A DNA stretch of 64,000 bases from Candidatus Enterousia sp. (GTDB lineage Bacteria > Pseudomonadota > Alphaproteobacteria > Rs-D84): positions 17,461 to 81,460 of the forward strand of contig JAZNBN010000012.1 of the NCBI GenBank assembly GCA_045587125.1. Direction: 5' to 3'. Within the stretch, counting starts at the first letter, position 1, and every line of letters starts with the position of its first letter. Shown here piece by piece: positions 20,274 through 29,637 of this stretch. Made by a program: the position numbers and the translations under genes. The notes beneath the pieces were generated by a model. It was not told the DNA's origin, did no database searches, and worked only from the letters and a program-made list of their open reading frames with translations.

Positions 20274-20989
20274 AAATCCCCCAGTTTTAAATTAAATTTA
20301 TATTGCTTGCTTGGGCGATACCCAGCACCAGATGTTTTTCCAGGCACTTCGGTACAATATTTTGTTATTTTTTTATGAAAATTTGATTTATCAACATTAC
20401 GTTCTGATAACAACATGTAAACCTGGCGTGCATCTTCCAGTGTAAATTCAGATGGCAAAAATTTAAACAAAATATCACTGTTATCAAGACGGCTACGCAT
20501 ATGCTTCCATGCGGTTAATAACTCTATCAACAGTTTATCTTCTTGGATATTTTTTGCATCCGTTTCAAAAAAGTATTCTATGCTAAAACCTACCTTTTCT
20601 TTGGTAACATAAGTATATGTTTTATCGCCCAGTGTTATGACATTATTCTTAATACTAACATCAACCAAATCATATTCCGGTAAAATTTGTTTTATATGCG
20701 AATTATTTGTAATTCCAATATGAATTATATCAATTCCTGACAAATCCAAATACTTTTTGTCTCCAAGTGTATAAACTTGTTCCAGATGGAAACTGTCTGT
20801 ACCCAAAGCATTCGCCAATTCATTACGAATTTGTGCCTTTATATCACAATTATCATTTACAGAAACCGTTGGTAATGCACCGTTTTTGCGGTGCACCAAC
20901 AACCCCAATTTTTTTATACTGTTTTTGCGAATGTCTTGATTGGTAACTTCATCCATTATCAACATAACACATGTTAGATTCAGTTTCAT
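20264..20989 (-). CDS. NrtR-like regulator (degenerate Nudix domain plus C-terminal winged HTH)
   Basis: C-terminal LPSEFTLEDARQVYMLLSERNVDKSNFHKKI matches the NrtR wHTH signature (FTL..L...YE......DK.NFRKK). The Nudix box is degenerate (IRNELANALG). Confidence 0.6.
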   Translation of the reverse strand: MKLNLTCVMLIMDEVTNQDIRKNSIKKLGLLVHRKNGALPTVSVNDNCDIKAQIRNELANALGTDSFHLEQVYTLGDKKYLDLSGIDIIHIGITNNSHIKQILPEYDLVDVSIKNNVITLGDKTYTYVTKEKVGFSIEYFFETDAKNIQEDKLLIELLTAWKHMRSRLDNSDILFKFLPSEFTLEDARQVYMLLSERNVDKSNFHKKITKYCTEVPGKTSGAGYRPSKQYKFNLKLGDLWQ

Positions 20990-21825
20990 CTTACATTATC
21001 CTTGGCTATTTTTAGCAAGTTTAATTTATAATCAACTAAATTGCCACCATAATATACAATGTTAGAATAACCATAGTCTAATTTTTTTGTATAAAATGTA
21101 ATAGGTACACCATGATACATCCACTCATAACGGTCAAAGAATTTTTCATCTTTGATAACAAATTCTGCACGTTCTGACATTTGCCGAATAATCTTATCCG
21201 TATCTTTTTTTGTTAATGCGTTTTGCATAATCCATGCTGAATAGACATTATTTATATTGTCGTTCCTTGTATTTGTATTTAACGTCTTTAAACTGACTGT
21301 TTTAATATTCGGAAATGTGTCTATATACATCTGAATATCACGTAAATAGTCATCAAAAGAACAGTTCTTTAACATTACGTAATTCAAACGTATATCCGCG
21401 GTTTTAAACGCATCTGTATTTATATAATCTCTTTTATACCCCAGCGTTCGCATATCTTTTTCAGAATCAAAATCTGTTCGTGTAATTTCAACCAAGAAAT
21501 CATCTTTAAACAGTTCTAATTTGTTTGGCTCGAAAAACAAGTTACCCGATGTTTGAATACGTTTTTCGTCAAATATGTTTGATGTACGTACCGAATTAAC
21601 AATGGATTTTAATTTATCATACCCGTGCAGCGATGTTTCTCCGTTTCCAGACAAGATAAAATATCTGAAATTTATACCCATATCTTTCAAATATTGAAAT
21701 TTTTCTGGCAACAAATGTATTCTGTCGTCAACCGTTGGCCATTTGGTAATTTTTGCCGTACAATAGGGACAATTTTTATCACATCTGAACGAAGATAAAA
21801 TCAATTCAAATTCTTTATATTTCAT
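20986..21825 (-). CDS. Radical SAM enzyme of unknown specificity
   Basis: CDKNCPYC (Cx3Cx2C) at residues 15-22 and an ILSGNGETSL glycine-rich motif. Confidence 0.7.
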   Translation of the reverse strand: MKYKEFELILSSFRCDKNCPYCTAKITKWPTVDDRIHLLPEKFQYLKDMGINFRYFILSGNGETSLHGYDKLKSIVNSVRTSNIFDEKRIQTSGNLFFEPNKLELFKDDFLVEITRTDFDSEKDMRTLGYKRDYINTDAFKTADIRLNYVMLKNCSFDDYLRDIQMYIDTFPNIKTVSLKTLNTNTRNDNINNVYSAWIMQNALTKKDTDKIIRQMSERAEFVIKDEKFFDRYEWMYHGVPITFYTKKLDYGYSNIVYYGGNLVDYKLNLLKIAKDNVR

Positions 21826-21835
21826 TTTGACTCCT

Positions 21836-22339
21836 TTATACTAGTATGTTGTTAATAATTGGTAAAACTTCATCTGAATTGTTATACGGGAATACTTTGA
21901 CATTTTTATCTCGATACATTGCATCTGCAATCGCAAACCAATGCTCTGACTTGATTTGATGTACAGAATCCTGAATCTTGTACAAAATATAAATTTCTTT
22001 GTTTTGATTTAATGCCCACCCCAACTCAACAATTGCCCCAGGCGAAAATTCTTCATCAAAAACCACAATGAACATATCGCAAATTGATACTTCGTGCGAT
22101 TCGCCCGCTATAACAGTATTACAATCTGTAGCGGATACAGTTCCATCTGGGCCACGCTCGCACCAAAAAGGTCCAACATAACCGTATTTTGAATTTATTT
22201 GTACATTATCATCTGCATAAATCATTTTTTTTGCATCACTCAACAATATAGCACGAAAATCATTTTGAAATCCTTTGACAATATCCGTGGCAAATTCTGG
22301 CGATTTTTTAAATTTTCCTGCAAGATATACTTTTTTCAT
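21836..22339 (-). CDS. Nucleoside 2-deoxyribosyltransferase-like protein
   Basis: N-terminal KVYLAGKF and SPGAIVELGWAL, the family's G...ElGyA pattern. Confidence 0.55.
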   Translation of the reverse strand: MKKVYLAGKFKKSPEFATDIVKGFQNDFRAILLSDAKKMIYADDNVQINSKYGYVGPFWCERGPDGTVSATDCNTVIAGESHEVSICDMFIVVFDEEFSPGAIVELGWALNQNKEIYILYKIQDSVHQIKSEHWFAIADAMYRDKNVKVFPYNNSDEVLPIINNILV

Positions 22340-22911
22340 TGTTCATCCTTTTTCATTATACGTCTCCAATTTACATAGGACATTATTGCCATCACTGTCC
22401 AAACACAATTTAATCCCAATAACCACCATGCAGTATTCGGTAACATAAAGTATTCGATAATATATACAATATCGTTTACCGTCCAAATAACCCACGTATC
22501 CAATTTTCGTTTAACCATGTAATACGTTGCAATAAATCCCGACACGGTAGAAAACGAATCCAGCCACGGCAACGGATCATCCGTATGTTTTAATATACTT
22601 GCGATACAAAACGTTGCAGCACCCCCGCCAAGAATATACAAAACACGTTCTAATGAACTGCATTGTGTTATACTTTGCCTCTGCTTAGATCGAGACCATA
22701 ATATCGTCCCCATAATCCCCATAACTAAATAAACAATGTTATTCATCATATCGCCATACAAATGATTCACAGCAGAAAAAGCAAACAAAGTAATAATTTG
22801 CAAAATATAAAACACCCAATTACTGCGTTTGTTTTGCATTACTAAAAAACCCTGAACCAATCCAAATACGGTCGCAATTATTTCTAATAAAATAGAAAGT
22901 TCAATGTACAT
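22336..22911 (-). CDS. pnuC: PnuC-family nicotinamide riboside/nucleoside transporter
   Basis: Multi-TM protein with PnuC-like segments (GLVQGFLVMQNKRSNW; DTWVIWTVNDIVYI). Start chosen at the internal ATG just after the upstream stop. Confidence 0.7.
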   Translation of the reverse strand: MYIELSILLEIIATVFGLVQGFLVMQNKRSNWVFYILQIITLFAFSAVNHLYGDMMNNIVYLVMGIMGTILWSRSKQRQSITQCSSLERVLYILGGGAATFCIASILKHTDDPLPWLDSFSTVSGFIATYYMVKRKLDTWVIWTVNDIVYIIEYFMLPNTAWWLLGLNCVWTVMAIMSYVNWRRIMKKDEQ

Positions 22912-22922
22912 GTCCGCTCTCT

Positions 22923-23195
22923 TTAAAACGTCAATTGATAATTCACTTCCCAATATAATTGTGTTTTTTCAGACTCAACTAAATCAGTCATACCTCCATT
23001 TTGTAATCCAACGGATGCATTTACTGAATTATTATCATTAATAGAAACGCTTTTTCCTATTTCGCTATAATTATAATACATACCATCAAACCTATCTTGA
23101 AATACACCAACCTTCACATAATTTGTATCCGGTTGTTGTATCGCAGAACATCCAACCAACAAAACACTGAATATAAACAGATGATATTTTTTCAT
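22923..23195 (-). CDS. Small lipoprotein
   Basis: Lipobox LLVGC within MKKYHLFIFSVLLVGCSA. Confidence 0.6.
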   Translation of the reverse strand: MKKYHLFIFSVLLVGCSAIQQPDTNYVKVGVFQDRFDGMYYNYSEIGKSVSINDNNSVNASVGLQNGGMTDLVESEKTQLYWEVNYQLTF

Positions 23196-23604
23196 AAGCG
23201 CTCCTTGATTAAATTTGCCACCCTAAGACTTATGGTAATATACACTATAAGTTATATAATGTCAAGAATTTTTTCACAATTCATATTGCATCCCTTTATT
23301 TATGTACATAAGGATTATTTTATAAACATACGTATTTACATACGACTTGGATTAAAGAAACATTTTTCCGTCCCTGCTCTATCACTGATTATACACACAA
23401 GTTTTCAACCATCATTATCCAACCTATATCAAAAACCGCATTATTCAAACACACAATTCAATCATAGGTTTATTTTTACTATCAGTAACACGTTATTAAA
23501 GATATAAAATTCTTTATTACACACATGTTAAATAATAAAAATACGAAAAATTAAAAAAAATACTTGAAATACTTTTGAATACAGTATATTATATGCAACG
23601 CTAT

Positions 23605-23642
23605 TCGGGCATAGTTCAGTCGGTAGAACAACGGACTGTTAA
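23605..23642 (+). pseudogene. tRNA-Asn 5' half, copy A (nt 1-38, through anticodon loop CTGTTAA)
   Basis: Identical to nt 1-38 of the intact gene at 31267. It diverges directly after the loop. Own promoter TTGAAA-17-TATTAT upstream. Confidence 0.85.
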
Positions 23643-23816
23643 CACAAACGACTCAATCTTCCTATAACTTGATTTAGTTCCGAACCCCCTGTAAATCTGG
23701 GATTTTTCTGATATTAAAATTGGCACTGTTTTTGACGAACATAGGCTTCAGATGGGGTTTAAACAGGTCTGTGTTTTACACAGCCGCTACACAGCACCCC
23801 ATTTTACACCGATTTT
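23643..23816 (+). repeat. 174-nt cassette left-end module, copy A
   Basis: Matches 26793-26966 with 5 mismatches in my alignment. Contains TTTTACACAGCCGCTACACAG. Confidence 0.85.
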
Positions 23817-23844
23817 GTTTGCATGTGTCAATTGCTGAAAAATT

Positions 23845-24561
23845 CTATAAACATAATTGAACAAAACTCTTACCATAAGGTGTCAGTCTAACCAAACCCT
23901 TGTGATAAAAAGCACCCAATTCTGCTTTCTGTTTTTGTATATATAACGCCTGTTCATATAGCACCTCGTACAATTCTTGTCTTGTAATATGCTCTGACAT
24001 CGTACATACAACCAAGCCCAATCTTTGCAAATTAACCAAAGCAACTGAATCTGTAAAAATTTTAACTTCATCTTTTTCGATTGGTTCAAGAATAATACAC
24101 GGATCCAATATCATTCGGTATCCACCCATACCTTTATTAGCTTTTTTTCTTACAGACACTATCGGATACATTTCAATATTTTGTATACTTTTTAATATAT
24201 TAACATCTTGTACGGATAACTGTTTTATAATCTCTACAAAGCTATCTTGTATAGCGTCACTAGTTTCTCTGTTTGAAGCAGCAGCAATCAATTTGGCAAA
24301 TATCTCCCGTTTATATTCTTCGTCTACGTACCAACGCGCCGCTTCTAAAGCTGGCCCAACTACGGACCTTTTAGGCGAAATTATATTTTTTGGACTAATC
24401 GTAGATAGATATTTTGTTATATTATTACCATAAGCAGCTATAACGTCTGGCGAAGTTTGCAACTCCCCAAAGATGCAATTTACCATAGTTATTGGACAAT
24501 TATTCATCTGTGTCATAACAGCGTCATTACCAGCACTTTGACTTTGTTTTATCTTATCCAT
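23845..24561 (-). CDS. Abi-alpha (DUF4393-like) abortive-infection-type protein
   Basis: PALEAARWYVDEEYKREIFAKLIAAASN....DSFVEIIKQLSVQDVNILK resembles the Abi-alpha core. Start set at MDKIKQ. Confidence 0.55.
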   Translation of the reverse strand: MDKIKQSQSAGNDAVMTQMNNCPITMVNCIFGELQTSPDVIAAYGNNITKYLSTISPKNIISPKRSVVGPALEAARWYVDEEYKREIFAKLIAAASNRETSDAIQDSFVEIIKQLSVQDVNILKSIQNIEMYPIVSVRKKANKGMGGYRMILDPCIILEPIEKDEVKIFTDSVALVNLQRLGLVVCTMSEHITRQELYEVLYEQALYIQKQKAELGAFYHKGLVRLTPYGKSFVQLCL

Positions 24562-24562
24562 C

Positions 24563-24712
24563 TTATGCTCGCTGTACCTGTTTAGAGTTGTCACCTGCTT
24601 TTTGTGTTTGTTTTATTGAATTTTTGTTTATATGCACCACTATACTACCACCAACAATCCCTGAGATAAAACTTACTACTAAATTTATTAAATCAACATT
24701 ATTAAAATTCAT
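24563..24712 (-). CDS. 49-aa single-TM protein immediately upstream of the Abi-alpha gene
   Basis: Not in the ORF track (shorter than 60 aa). AAAGGGG SD 6 nt before the ATG. Sequence MNFNNVDLINLVVSFISGIVGGSIVVHINK... Its stop lies 1 nt before the Abi-alpha ATG. Confidence 0.5.
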   Translation of the reverse strand: MNFNNVDLINLVVSFISGIVGGSIVVHINKNSIKQTQKAGDNSKQVQRA

Positions 24713-24798
24713 ATTCGACCCCTTTGTAATTATCGTTATTTTAACTCGCTAAGTTATAGCAAAAAATTCGTTAAAGGTCAATAAGTTACAAACAAAAC

Positions 24799-24816
24799 AC
24801 CGCCCAATTGGGCGGT
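24799..24816. terminator. Perfect palindrome ACCGCCC-AATT-GGGCGGT
   Basis: Downstream of the minus-strand gene 24843-25349, with T/A runs on both sides. Confidence 0.65.
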
Positions 24817-24842
24817 TGTTTTACTTGCTCACCACCTGTTTC

Positions 24843-25349
24843 TTATTCAAATATTTTTGTTTCTTCGTTATAAACTGCAATATATCGTTCACCAAGCCTT
24901 GCATCCCAAAACTTCTCTATGGCTTTCAATATCTCTGTCAATTCCATTTCTTTATCATCTTTTATTACTATAAGTTTGGCAGGTACATTTGTACCGGACT
25001 TTCTGCCGGTTTTACACGGTTTATTTAAATTAAAGTGTTTCGTACCATTGGCAATATTTTCCAATACTTCGCTATAGGGCATTTCTTTACTAATCACCTC
25101 TTTCTCTGCCTTTGTCTTACAAAACCAATCCCTTACATGGTAAAGTGTAATACAAGCATTTATTGCTGTTCGTTCATCGGACTCTTCTTTGTAAAACTCT
25201 CTTAGATTCTGTTTTACAATCCGATGATAAAAATACTTTGGTTCATGGTATATAAAAGATGGGCCAGGTCTTTCTAGAGAGACCTTTATATCCGGGAAAA
25301 TTTCTAGTCCTAACTCTGGTATGGATATTTTCTTAGTAAAATGTTCCAC
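24843..25349 (-). CDS. Hypothetical protein (168 aa)
   Basis: GTG start. No family recognised. Weak HEPN-like hints (LYHVRDWF, ANGTKH) only. Confidence 0.5.
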   Translation of the reverse strand: MEHFTKKISIPELGLEIFPDIKVSLERPGPSFIYHEPKYFYHRIVKQNLREFYKEESDERTAINACITLYHVRDWFCKTKAEKEVISKEMPYSEVLENIANGTKHFNLNKPCKTGRKSGTNVPAKLIVIKDDKEMELTEILKAIEKFWDARLGERYIAVYNEETKIFE

Positions 25350-25381
25350 TTTTCACTCCTTAAATTGCATTAGATAAAATA

Positions 25382-25399
25382 ACCGCCCGATTGGGCGGT
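25382..25399. terminator. Palindrome ACCGCCC-GATT-GGGCGGT
   Basis: Lies between the OMP gene and the 168-aa gene. Confidence 0.6.
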
Positions 25400-25416
25400 A
25401 TGATCGTTTTGTTAAC

Positions 25417-26142
25417 TTAAAAAACATATTTTATACCGGTCCTAATCGTATGATTTGTTAAATTTTGACCGCACTCTTTTATATCTGCTAATCGATAGTT
25501 TTCACGATGCACTCCATACACACCAAACGACTTCATTTCTTCCTCTGTACCAAAGGCTCCATCCGGAAACAAATTATTTGCATATTCAGCATTTGCCGCA
25601 TAATACCCGCCAAGATCAGCATTATTTTTTAATTTGTTCATATCATAACTGATATCAATATACAGATTATCGTGTATTTTAACAGACGTTCCCAAACCTA
25701 TAACAGCACCAGAATCCATCGAGCCAAATTTTGTTTTATTGTGTAACAAAGCACCCAACTTTACATATGGTGTAACACCTTTATACGTTCCACCAAATTT
25801 CAGACTTAACGACGACCAGTTTTTCACTGTATTGCCACCAGTGTTATAATTGATACCTAAAGCCACATAAAACCATTCGTAGCGAAAATCGCTACCAATT
25901 TCAAAGCTAGTTCCAAAATTCTTATCAGAGCCACTATGTTGGCTGTCATATATAAAGTAATAGTGTGCGGCAGGATAGAACCAATTTTGCCAATGATGAA
26001 TGTCGTGTTCTTTTATTTTATTCTGCACTAGATTAACGCCAGCACTAATTTGCGCATAAGGTTTTATGCTCCACTCTGCGTTGGCATTTGTTGCACTTAT
26101 AACAGTCAATAAAACACAAGTAAAAAATGCACATCTTTTCAT
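25417..26142 (-). CDS. Outer-membrane beta-barrel protein
   Basis: Signal peptide ending ANA, alternating beta-strand pattern, and C-terminal IKYVF. Confidence 0.7.
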   Translation of the reverse strand: MKRCAFFTCVLLTVISATNANAEWSIKPYAQISAGVNLVQNKIKEHDIHHWQNWFYPAAHYYFIYDSQHSGSDKNFGTSFEIGSDFRYEWFYVALGINYNTGGNTVKNWSSLSLKFGGTYKGVTPYVKLGALLHNKTKFGSMDSGAVIGLGTSVKIHDNLYIDISYDMNKLKNNADLGGYYAANAEYANNLFPDGAFGTEEEMKSFGVYGVHRENYRLADIKECGQNLTNHTIRTGIKYVF

Positions 26143-26348
26143 TATATCTCTCTTGCTTTCATTCCCATTCTAGCAATAACATTTAAAAATGTAAATTGAA
26201 TATATTGCATTATTCTGTGTAGCAGAAATGGGGCGTTTTTTTACAAAATTTGGTGTGGATCGCTACATTGAAAAAATACGTGCAAAAAAGCGTGCGTTTT
26301 CTGATGAATCTGGATACAGATACAAACGCATACCATCCCGACCGTTCA

Positions 26349-26754
26349 GTATTTTACACAGGTGCTACACAGATTAGCAAAATACAAAAACCGCACAAAT
26401 GACTTTTGCTGGATTCTTGGGACGCACGTGGCATTTTTAGTCCCTTTAAACTTACGGACTACTGAGGCAATGTGCTGAGCGACATAAAAAAATAATATTT
26501 TGGTCAATAAAAAAACACCAAAACTGCAGATTTCCGCCACATAATTCGTCTTATGATTGTTTTGTCGTTTTACTCTCGAAAAAGCTCCCAATCTCACGGA
26601 CAAAAATAGGTCAAAAAGGCATAAAAAAATGTTTTCCACATTTCATACACACAGGCGAAATTTCATAAAAAAATCCGCAGATTTCTGCGGTTTACATATT
26701 TTTGAAAAAAGCCTTGACTTCTGCGGAAAATTGATATATTATTCTGTTCGCTAT
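26349..26754 (+). repeat. About 400-nt cassette right-end module 1 (carries the promoter for tRNA half B)
   Basis: Homologous to 30868-31266, with shared blocks CGCAGATTTCCGCCACA, AAAAATGTTTT.CACATTTCATACACACAG and TTTTTGAAAAAAGCCTTGACTTCTGCGG. Contains the palindrome CCGCAGATTTCTGCGG at 26675-26690. Confidence 0.8.
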
Positions 26755-26792
26755 TCGGGCATAGTTCAGTCGGTAGAACAACGGACTGTTAA
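26755..26792 (+). pseudogene. tRNA-Asn 5' half, copy B
   Basis: Identical to nt 1-38 of the intact gene. Preceded by TTGACT (26714-26719), a 17-nt spacer and TATTAT. Confidence 0.85.
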
Positions 26793-26966
26793 CACAAACG
26801 ACTCAATCTTCCTATAACTTGATTTAGTTCCGAACACCCTGTAAATCTGGGATTTTTCTGATATTAAAATTGGCACTATTTTTGACGAACATAGGCTTCA
26901 AATGGGGTTTAAGCAGGTCTGTGTTTTACACAGCTGCTACACAGCACCCCATTTTACACCGATTTT
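26793..26966 (+). repeat. 174-nt cassette left-end module, copy B
   Basis: See 23643-23816. Confidence 0.85.
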
Positions 26967-27055
26967 TTTACAGCATCTCAAAAGCCCATTTTTCAGCATA
27001 TCCGATGTACTTTTTTGGATGTCGTTGGATAGATTTTTTGCAATAAGAAATAATA

Positions 27056-28492
27056 TTAGCCCTGCAAAATGTTTATCATGCAATCTATTGACTGTCGCAT
27101 TTCTTCGTCTGATGGCTCCAATGGATGTAGAAGATTACGTTCGTTCCTTGACGCCTCTGGGTGGTGGTAAAAATTTCTTATATACGTCATTAAAGTAAGC
27201 TTTTGGGCTGATTTAAAAACTCCATCTTTTAATCGTGACCATAGCTTTTCTTGTTTTACGTCATTTGTTTTCAAAAATTCTTCCATTTCATTTTCTTTTT
27301 CACGTCCATTTTTTTCTTGTATATAGCCATATAATTCATCATGAAACTCTATCGTTGGTATATTAAACGCAAAATATCTTATTTCCGCATACGTAGGCCC
27401 AAATGGCAGTACGAATTTATTGTTAACAGATTCTGCTTTAACGGTATTTTCTTGTTCGGTCAGTACGATTATTTGCGCTTTCTTATCCATAGCATCTTTT
27501 AATACATATTCGGAATGAGTCGCAAAAAATATTTGTGACTTTTGTTCTGTTTCTGTCTTAAACAAATCAGAATAAAATGAAAATATTTTACTTTGCCATC
27601 TTGGATGCATACTAATTTCTGGCTCATCAATTAAAACAATACTTCCGTCTAGCACGCCCATATTTTTGAGCAAAAAGCCTCCTCTAAATACAATTTGTTT
27701 TTCTCCGGAACTTAATTCTTCTAATCTAACTTGTTTACCGTTTTTCATAAACATCACTTGTTGCTGATTACCATCTGCTACAATCCCGTGAAAATTTATA
27801 CTTTGAAACATTTTGTTAAAAGCATCTGTGAATCTAGACAGTTTTACATGCTTTACTTCATTTGGTGGCACACAACCGTCATGCACATCTATCCAATCTG
27901 ACAAATATTGATTATCTTGCACGCTGATATCTATCAACAACTGCTTAAATAGCATTGCGATATCTTTGTTGGTATGTCTAGGTCCGAGATCTTCTAAGGA
28001 ATCGATTTGAGATGCTGTAATTGATCTGATTGCTTGTGTTTCAAAATTCATTCCTACTTTAGAGTGAATAGAATGAAATACTGAGGAAACTCTGTTCATA
28101 ATCGCAGGATAAGGATGTTTTTCTCCAGACAAGTAAACGACATAATTGTTATAACTGTCGTCTTCCGTATGTTTGTATTGTAGCACAAAAGTCTTATTAT
28201 CTAAATTCCTTACTATGGACACACGTGGTTCTCCTAAAAATGATTTAACTAAATCAAATTCTTTCGAAGTTAGTATGCATTTTATTTCAAAATCAAAAGA
28301 AGGCCTGGTCAGTAAAAAATTATGCATTTGAGCTGTTATATTATGCAACAGATTTAGCAGAGCTGTCTTCCCTGTGCCGTTTTCACCGGCAAAAACTATA
28401 TTTTTATACGGCTTACCATTTTCATCACAAAAATTTAATTCTAAATCATGTAAAATCGGATGATTCTGTAATTTTAAACTTGCTATTTCCAT
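27056..28492 (-). CDS. ABC-type (AAA_21-like) ATPase with a C-terminal domain of unknown function
   Basis: Walker A GENGTGKT, Walker B VLIDEPEISMHP, and FFATHS. Start set at MEIASLKL. Confidence 0.65.
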   Translation of the reverse strand: MEIASLKLQNHPILHDLELNFCDENGKPYKNIVFAGENGTGKTALLNLLHNITAQMHNFLLTRPSFDFEIKCILTSKEFDLVKSFLGEPRVSIVRNLDNKTFVLQYKHTEDDSYNNYVVYLSGEKHPYPAIMNRVSSVFHSIHSKVGMNFETQAIRSITASQIDSLEDLGPRHTNKDIAMLFKQLLIDISVQDNQYLSDWIDVHDGCVPPNEVKHVKLSRFTDAFNKMFQSINFHGIVADGNQQQVMFMKNGKQVRLEELSSGEKQIVFRGGFLLKNMGVLDGSIVLIDEPEISMHPRWQSKIFSFYSDLFKTETEQKSQIFFATHSEYVLKDAMDKKAQIIVLTEQENTVKAESVNNKFVLPFGPTYAEIRYFAFNIPTIEFHDELYGYIQEKNGREKENEMEEFLKTNDVKQEKLWSRLKDGVFKSAQKLTLMTYIRNFYHHPEASRNERNLLHPLEPSDEEMRQSIDCMINILQG

Positions 28493-28587
28493 ATTCGGTC
28501 CTTTTAAACCAAACATACAATGATAATGATGTAAATTCAATAACTTTTTATATAAAAACCGCCCCATTTTGGAGCGGTTGGTTTTTA

Positions 28588-28965
28588 TTACTTTGAACTA
28601 ATTGGCACAATAACGCTGCTGTCATATGTACACATATTTCCAGCCGCACCATCAACCGCCAAGCCTATCAGCCCACCAAAGACTACATTTCCAAAAATCC
28701 ATGGATTCACACTGGACGACACAATCGCACTAGATTGATTTACCTTTTTGTCTTCCATGACATTAACGGTTATATCAGAACAAGATTTTGGAACTGTTAT
28801 AAAAGTTGGCAATGTTATCTGTTGGCTTCCAAACTGCTTTGAATTTATCTGTGCTTTTACCGATGCACCATTACTGGTCATCAAGTTTATTGTATCCGGT
28901 CCGCCGTCAACAATTGAAGCACATCCCGTCAATGCCAATACAGATAAAACTAATATCTTCTTCAT
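28588..28965 (-). CDS. Lipoprotein
   Basis: MKKILVLSVLALTGCAS lipobox. Confidence 0.6.
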   Translation of the reverse strand: MKKILVLSVLALTGCASIVDGGPDTINLMTSNGASVKAQINSKQFGSQQITLPTFITVPKSCSDITVNVMEDKKVNQSSAIVSSSVNPWIFGNVVFGGLIGLAVDGAAGNMCTYDSSVIVPISSK

Positions 28966-28989
28966 GTTGTTTCCCTTTGTGTTCATGTA

Positions 28990-29637
28990 TTAGAAAGTAT
29001 AACGCAGTCCTGCACCCCACAGAAATGCTCCCTTGATATCAGAATCACCAATTGGCACAAAATAACGCAATGTTGTTTGTATACCGAATCCATTTTTTAT
29101 ATCTGCCGACAAGCCAACTTTGAAGACTGCGGCTCCACCGTCATCTTCTTCACTTATACTATAAACACCGTTGCTTATTGCTAATTCTGTCGCTGTCATT
29201 TCAACACGCTGGTTCACATTGGCATATCCGACACCAAAAATTAAAGAACCTTTTTCTGTGTCACTAAAATCAAAATTGAAATAAGCGTCTGCCATTGCAC
29301 TAAATGCCGAAAAACCAATGGTCACATCTGAATAAGCTTGGTTGTATGGAGATCTTACAACCGCATCTTCGTCAAACGCATAATCATATGCAATCGAACC
29401 GCCAAACGAAACTTTATCGTTTGTAGCCGGATTAAACTTCACGCCTGCTTCTGCACCCAGAACCTGGTAAAAATCTGGCACAAAGCTTAACATTTCATCC
29501 AATACTTCTTCTGCCTCTGAAGTATATGATAAATTAGCACCAGAGTAATTTGCCCCGATAAAAAACTGTGCATCTACCGCCAAGGCCGGCAAAGAGAACA
29601 ATGATATCGTAGCTGTTGTTAAAAATATGTTTTTCAT
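28990..29637 (-). CDS. Outer-membrane beta-barrel protein (OMP_b-brl/porin-like)
   Basis: Signal peptide MKNIFLTTATISLFSLPALA and C-terminal LRYTF. SD AAAGGGG. Confidence 0.7.
   Translation of the reverse strand: MKNIFLTTATISLFSLPALAVDAQFFIGANYSGANLSYTSEAEEVLDEMLSFVPDFYQVLGAEAGVKFNPATNDKVSFGGSIAYDYAFDEDAVVRSPYNQAYSDVTIGFSAFSAMADAYFNFDFSDTEKGSLIFGVGYANVNQRVEMTATELAISNGVYSISEEDDGGAAVFKVGLSADIKNGFGIQTTLRYFVPIGDSDIKGAFLWGAGLRYTF

Noticed and set aside
26346-26817. ORFs 26346-26639 (-) and 26557-26817 (+); likewise 30832-31218 and 30981-31304 (+)
   Set aside because: They run through the repeated non-coding cassette-end modules and even through the tRNA-Asn sequence. The two module copies differ by indels that do not preserve a frame.
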